From Magnetospirillum sp. (GTDB lineage: Bacteria > Pseudomonadota > Alphaproteobacteria > CACIAM-22H2), in contig JAPZUA010000004.1 of NCBI GenBank assembly GCA_027532905.1, positions 244,570 through 308,569 on the forward strand: a stretch of 64,000 bases of DNA, written 5' to 3'. Under the pieces are notes generated by a model that did no database searches, was not told the origin of the DNA, and worked only from the letters and a program-made list of their open reading frames with translations. Of the stretch, positions 60,036-64,000 are shown one piece after another (positions within the stretch are counted from its first letter, which is position 1; every line of letters begins with the position of its first letter). Position numbers and translations under genes: made by a program.

Positions 60036-61079
60036 TTAGGGGCAGGGATTCGGGTTTTCGGCGTGCACGCGGTCGAGTGCGGCCAGAACGTCAGCCGACA
60101 GCCGCAATTCGGCCGAAGCGAGGTTGCTTGCGAGCTGTTTGAGTGTCCTGGCGCCGAAAATGTTCGACGTCACGAACGGCCGGCCGGTCACGAAGGCGAG
60201 CGCCATTTGCGCCGGATCGAGCCCTGCGTCGCGCGCAATGCGCACATAGGCCGCCGCTGCCGGTTCGGCACGCGGCGTGGAATAGCGCTTGAAACGATCG
60301 AAGAGCGTCAAGCGCGCGCCCGGGGGCCGCGCGCCGCCGAGATAGGTGCCGGCCAAAACGCCCATCGCGAGCGGGCTGTAGGCGAGCAGGCCCACGCGCT
60401 CGCGCAACGCCACTTCCGCCAAGCCCACGTCGAAACTGCGATTGAGGAGACTGTAGGGATTCTGAATCGCTTGCGGCCGCGGACCCGCCCCTGCAGCCGC
60501 CAAGCCCAGCTGGCGCATCAGGCCCCACGGGGTTTCGTTCGACACGCCGAAATGGCGGATTTTGCCGGCCTTCACCAAATCGGCCAACGTGCCAAGCGTT
60601 TCCTCGAACGGGGCACCTTCCGATGCATTCGGCTGATGGACATAATCGAGCTGGCCGAAACGATTGGCGGGGCGGTCCGGCGAATGGGTCTGGTAGAGAT
60701 CGATATAGTCGGTCTGCAACCTTTTGAGCGACGCGTCGACGGCAATCAGGATATTGGCGCGGTCGAGCCCGGCCCCGCCGCGCACATGCGGCAGCAAATT
60801 GCCGCGCCCGGTGACTTTGGTGGCAACGACGTATTTGCCGCGCTGGGCTTTATTTTTGGCAAGCCACGAGCCGAGACATTCCTCGGTGCGCCCGAAGGTT
60901 TCGGCGCGCGGCGGGACCGGATACATCTCGGCCGCATCGAAAAAATTAACGCCGGCCGCAACGGCCATGTCGAGCTGCGCATGCGCGTCTGCTTCGCTGT
61001 TCTGCTCGCCCCACGTCATCGTGCCAAGGCACAAGGCCGAGACCGACAGATCGGTCATCCCAAGTTTGCGGTATTCCAT
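60036..61079 (-). CDS. tas: NADP(H)-dependent aldo/keto reductase (Tas-like)
   Basis: MEYRKLGMTDLSVSALCLGTMTWG, FFDAAEMYPVP, IDLYQTH, GVSNETPWG. Confidence 0.88.
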   Translation of the reverse strand: MEYRKLGMTDLSVSALCLGTMTWGEQNSEADAHAQLDMAVAAGVNFFDAAEMYPVPPRAETFGRTEECLGSWLAKNKAQRGKYVVATKVTGRGNLLPHVRGGAGLDRANILIAVDASLKRLQTDYIDLYQTHSPDRPANRFGQLDYVHQPNASEGAPFEETLGTLADLVKAGKIRHFGVSNETPWGLMRQLGLAAAGAGPRPQAIQNPYSLLNRSFDVGLAEVALRERVGLLAYSPLAMGVLAGTYLGGARPPGARLTLFDRFKRYSTPRAEPAAAAYVRIARDAGLDPAQMALAFVTGRPFVTSNIFGARTLKQLASNLASAELRLSADVLAALDRVHAENPNPCP

Positions 61080-61115
61080 TTGGTTGCGATGCCTTCCCGG
61101 CCGTTCGTGGTGCGC

Positions 61116-62258
61116 TTACGAAAACAGCGCGAGAACGCCGGTATAGCCGTAAAGCCGCGCGTTCGAAATCTCGCCGTTGCAGAAAAAGCCGGCGACGGGC
61201 AAGGCGCCGAATGTCTCACGCAGCAAGCCGCGCTCGTAGCCGTCGGCGGCAAACAGGCGCGGGCCCCGTGCGACACAGCTGAAATAAAGCCCGCCGGTGG
61301 CGCGGGGCGCCCGCCGCTTGAGCCCCTCGCACATGCGTTCCATGTCGTCGACGGCCGCCGCCCGGTCGCGGCGCGCGAAGAAGAGCCGGTCGCCGGGCTC
61401 AACTAAGGCCGCCACGCCGATCAGCCCTTCGGCCGGATCGATGCCGGTGAAATCGCGCACCAGATAGTCGCCCATGTCCGAACCCGGGATCGGCAAGGCG
61501 ATCTGCATCTCGGCGGCGTAGCCACGCAGCTGGGCCGCACTCGCAATGTCGAGATCGCGCTTGAACACGTCGAGCGCGCGCTCGCCGTCGAGCCCGATCA
61601 CAACATTGCCGTCCGCCGCCGTTATGCGATGCACAGGCCCCGAGGGCATGCAGCCTTGCGTGATACCGGTTGCGACCGCAACCGAACCTGCGAACAGCAC
61701 GCCCGACACGCCGCCCGCAACCGCGCGCCCAGAGATCTGCGAAGTTTCTTCGACAGCGGCCGTAAGCCCGCCCACCAAAAACGCGTCGCTCGCATCGGCG
61801 ATACCCGCGATGAGGTCGGCGGTGTCGGCCCCGCGCGGATCGGCATGCACGATGCCGAAGCCAGGCCGATGGGCAGCGATCCAGCCGGCATGCGCCCCCA
61901 GCGGCGACAGATCGTCGGTCAAATGCGGCAGCAGGCGATAGGCGTCGCTCGGCAGATCGATCGCGAGTGCGGTCAAAGCCGCAGCATTGAAATATTCGCG
62001 TTGGCCGACAATGCCGTGGCCGACGGCCCCCACCCAATCGGGAATGCCCGACACACGCCGCACGACGGCCAGCGCTTCCTCGAGTTTGCCTGCCATCGAT
62101 TCGGTCGCGTAGAGAATTCCGAGGCGTGCCCCCGGCAGATCGCGCGACAACGCCTCGCCGACGCTGACCGCCATGCGGCCCCACGCGGCGGCCGACGCGC
62201 CATGGGCTTCGGCCGAGGCAATGCGCGGCGATGCGGTTCGGGGGTGCGGCGTGCTCAT
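61116..62258 (-). CDS. FIST (N and C) domain-containing signal-transduction protein
   Basis: The layout is typical of FIST_N/FIST_C. The C-terminal motif is FFCNGEISNARLYGYTGVLALF. Confidence 0.78.
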   Translation of the reverse strand: MSTPHPRTASPRIASAEAHGASAAAWGRMAVSVGEALSRDLPGARLGILYATESMAGKLEEALAVVRRVSGIPDWVGAVGHGIVGQREYFNAAALTALAIDLPSDAYRLLPHLTDDLSPLGAHAGWIAAHRPGFGIVHADPRGADTADLIAGIADASDAFLVGGLTAAVEETSQISGRAVAGGVSGVLFAGSVAVATGITQGCMPSGPVHRITAADGNVVIGLDGERALDVFKRDLDIASAAQLRGYAAEMQIALPIPGSDMGDYLVRDFTGIDPAEGLIGVAALVEPGDRLFFARRDRAAAVDDMERMCEGLKRRAPRATGGLYFSCVARGPRLFAADGYERGLLRETFGALPVAGFFCNGEISNARLYGYTGVLALFS

Positions 62259-62308
62259 TGTCGGACTATCCTCGCCCGATTCGAGGCCCCCTGCGAAGAA
62301 GAATCGCG

Positions 62309-62680
62309 ATGGACCGACTGACGCCATTGATTGCGTTCCATATTTCGACAGCTTTGCTGGCGTTGGCGCTTGGTGCCGTCATGTTCGCGCGGCCCAAAGG
62401 AACGCCGAGCCACCGGCTGACCGGACGCATTTGGGTTGCGAGCATGGCGGCCACCGCGTTCGGCTCGTTCTGGATCCGGCACAACGGCCATTTCAGCTGG
62501 ATCCATCTTCTGTCGGCCTGGACCTTGTTCGGCCTTGCGATGGCCGTTTGGAACGCGCGCCGCGGCAATATCCAAGCCCATCGCGGCTGGATGATCGGGC
62601 TCTATCTGGGCCTCGCGATCGCGGGCGCCTTCACGCTGCTCCCGAGCCGCCTGCTCGGCAGCCTCGTTTTCGGAAACTAA
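62309..62680 (+). CDS. Small integral membrane protein (DUF2306-like)
   Basis: ATG at 62309. 123 aa with 4 predicted TM helices. HRLTGRIWV and HRGWM motifs. Confidence 0.6.
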   Translation: MDRLTPLIAFHISTALLALALGAVMFARPKGTPSHRLTGRIWVASMAATAFGSFWIRHNGHFSWIHLLSAWTLFGLAMAVWNARRGNIQAHRGWMIGLYLGLAIAGAFTLLPSRLLGSLVFGN

Positions 62681-62687
62681 CGCGCGA

Positions 62688-63377
62688 TCAAGCCGCCGTC
62701 AGAAACGCCCGCAAGGCGGGCAGCAGGCGGGCCACGACGGCATCTACGCCGGCCGCATTCGGGTGGATGCCGTCTGGCTGGTTGAGTGCAGGCACGGCCG
62801 CGACCCCTTCGAGGAAAAACGGATCGAGCGGAACTCCGTGTTTTAGCGCGACGTTCGAAAAACTCCGCGCGAAGGCTTGCGTATAGGCACTGCCCATATT
62901 GGGCGGGGCGCGCATGCCCGAAAGCATCGTGCGCACGCCGCGCGCTTTGAGGCGTTCGACGATCTGGTCGAGATTGCGCTCCATCGCCGCCACGTCGAGG
63001 CCGCGCAAACCGTCGTTTGCCCCCAGAATCACCAGCGCGTACTCGGGAAATGGTGGGGTGCCAAGCGCCCACTCGAGACGCGCCAAGCCGCCGGCCGACG
63101 TATCACCCGACACGCCGGCATTGACGATGCCGAGCGAAATGCCCGCTGCGCGCAATGCCGCATCGAGGCGTGCGGGGAAAGCTTGGTTGGCCGGCAGGCC
63201 GTAGCCCGCCGTTAAACTGTCGCCCAGCAGCAACAAACGTTTCTGCGGCGCTTGCGCTTTTGCGCCAAAAGGGGCGAGCCCGCAAAGACTTGCCGCAGTT
63301 GCGTTGAAAAGGAAGCGGCGACGCCCATATCTGGGGGAGCCGTTTGAAGCTGGCCAGGACGCAAAAATGTCGAACAA
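62688..63377 (-). CDS. tesA: SGNH/GDSL arylesterase-thioesterase (TesA-like), Tat-type signal peptide
   Basis: LLLLGDSLTAGYG (block I Ser), NAGVSGDTS, ILGANDGLRG, DGIHPN. The leader is GRRRFLFNATAASLCGLAPFGAKAQA. There is no in-frame ATG before the signal peptide, and the only canonical start is TTG at 63377. Confidence 0.75.
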   Translation of the reverse strand: MFDIFASWPASNGSPRYGRRRFLFNATAASLCGLAPFGAKAQAPQKRLLLLGDSLTAGYGLPANQAFPARLDAALRAAGISLGIVNAGVSGDTSAGGLARLEWALGTPPFPEYALVILGANDGLRGLDVAAMERNLDQIVERLKARGVRTMLSGMRAPPNMGSAYTQAFARSFSNVALKHGVPLDPFFLEGVAAVPALNQPDGIHPNAAGVDAVVARLLPALRAFLTAA

Positions 63378-64000
63378 ATCGAATGCCCCTCTGATTGAAC
63401 TCAGCGATGTCCATCTGAAATTGGCGAGCCAGGCGGGCGAGGTCAATATCCTGCGCGGCGTCGATATGACATTGGCGCAAGGCGAGAGCCTCGCCGTGAT
63501 CGGCCCGTCGGGCTCCGGCAAATCGACGATGATGATGATCGTGGCCGGGCTCGAGCGGCCGACATCGGGCCGCGTTTCGGTGCTGGGCCAGGATCTGGCC
63601 GCCCTCGACGAAGACGGTCTGGCGCTGTTCCGGCGCCGCAATGTCGGCATCGTGTTCCAGGCGTTCCATCTGATCCCGACCATGACGGCCCTTGAAAACG
63701 TCGCTATCCCGCTCGAATTCGCGGGCGACAAAGATGCGTGGGACAAGGCGCGGGAGGTGCTGAAATCGGTCGGCCTCGGCCATCGCACGACGCATTATCC
63801 GGGCCAGATGTCCGGGGGCGAGCAGCAGCGCACAGCGCTTGCGCGCGCATTTGTGGCCGAGCCTGCCTTGCTGCTGGCGGACGAGCCCACCGGCAATCTC
63901 GATGCAGGTACAGGCCATTCGATCGTCGATCTCATGTTCGATCTGCGCAAACGCATCGGCACGGGCCTGCTGCTCATCACGCACGACGCGGCCCTGGCAC
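63367..64000 (+). CDS. ybbA: ABC transporter ATP-binding protein (YbbA/LolD-like), 3' end outside the window
   Basis: My own translation from ATG 63367: [19 protein letters not shown]...GPSGSGKST...[14 protein letters not shown]...[12 protein letters not shown]. It is absent from the ORF track because no stop falls in the window. Confidence 0.85.
   Translation, partial: MSNKSNAPLIELSDVHLKLASQAGEVNILRGVDMTLAQGESLAVIGPSGSGKSTMMMIVAGLERPTSGRVSVLGQDLAALDEDGLALFRRRNVGIVFQAFHLIPTMTALENVAIPLEFAGDKDAWDKAREVLKSVGLGHRTTHYPGQMSGGEQQRTALARAFVAEPALLLADEPTGNLDAGTGHSIVDLMFDLRKRIGTGLLLITHDAALA

Noticed and set aside
62688-63788. The full 366-aa ORF as the TesA-like gene.
   Set aside because: The part upstream of 63377 is antisense to the well-supported ybbA-like ABC ATPase gene and has no esterase-family features. 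The esterase domain with its signal peptide begins just downstream of 63377.

Overview
High-GC, densely coding chromosomal segment. The gene content and order look alphaproteobacterial (Rhodospirillales/Acetobacteraceae-like), which is my inference and not a database result. I support about 60 protein-coding genes and found no rRNA, tRNA, CRISPR array, transposase or prophage.

Layout:
- 1-7.1 kb: translationally coupled glycosyltransferase/methyltransferase operon with heptose-nucleotide genes gmhA-hldE, plus a convergent glycosyltransferase.
- 7.3-11 kb: three-gene operon encoding an ABC exporter-like protein with every catalytic ATPase residue replaced and a roughly 290-aa insertion, a stand-alone cNMP-binding domain, and a small Rossmann/MTase-like protein.
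- 11-15.4 kb: xthA, C26 amidohydrolase, His-rich small protein, TerC with a long leader, DUF1476 (zeta-like).
- 15.4-22 kb: tctCBA, ftsK, aminotransferase.
- 22.4-25.4 kb: GT4 plus msbA-like gene, behind a lower-GC intergenic region.
- 25.4-27.4 kb: glnK and amtB.
- 27.5-32.5 kb: ubiH-family gene, hypoxanthine-DNA glycosylase, hybrid histidine kinase, and an inverted-architecture MCP-fragment/Cache protein.
- 32.6-37.5 kb: atpHAGDC.
- 37.7-42.9 kb: priA, DUF484-xerC-exoD, GST.
- 42.9-47.5 kb: gntR-udh and a TRAP transporter.
- 47.5-62.3 kb: 13 co-directional genes (FIST, tas, thpR, ydeI, cobB, zapE, phosphatase, mdh-sucCDAB-lpd).
- 62.3-64 kb: DUF2306, and divergent tesA-like/ybbA-like genes.

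Most of the window is core metabolism. The candidates for something undescribed are the degenerate ABC/cNMP/MTase-like operon, a four-hairpin element with C-rich loops at about 11.9-12.0 kb (candidate sRNA), and the soluble MCP-tip/Cache protein. All family calls come from motif recognition by eye, and no searches were run.
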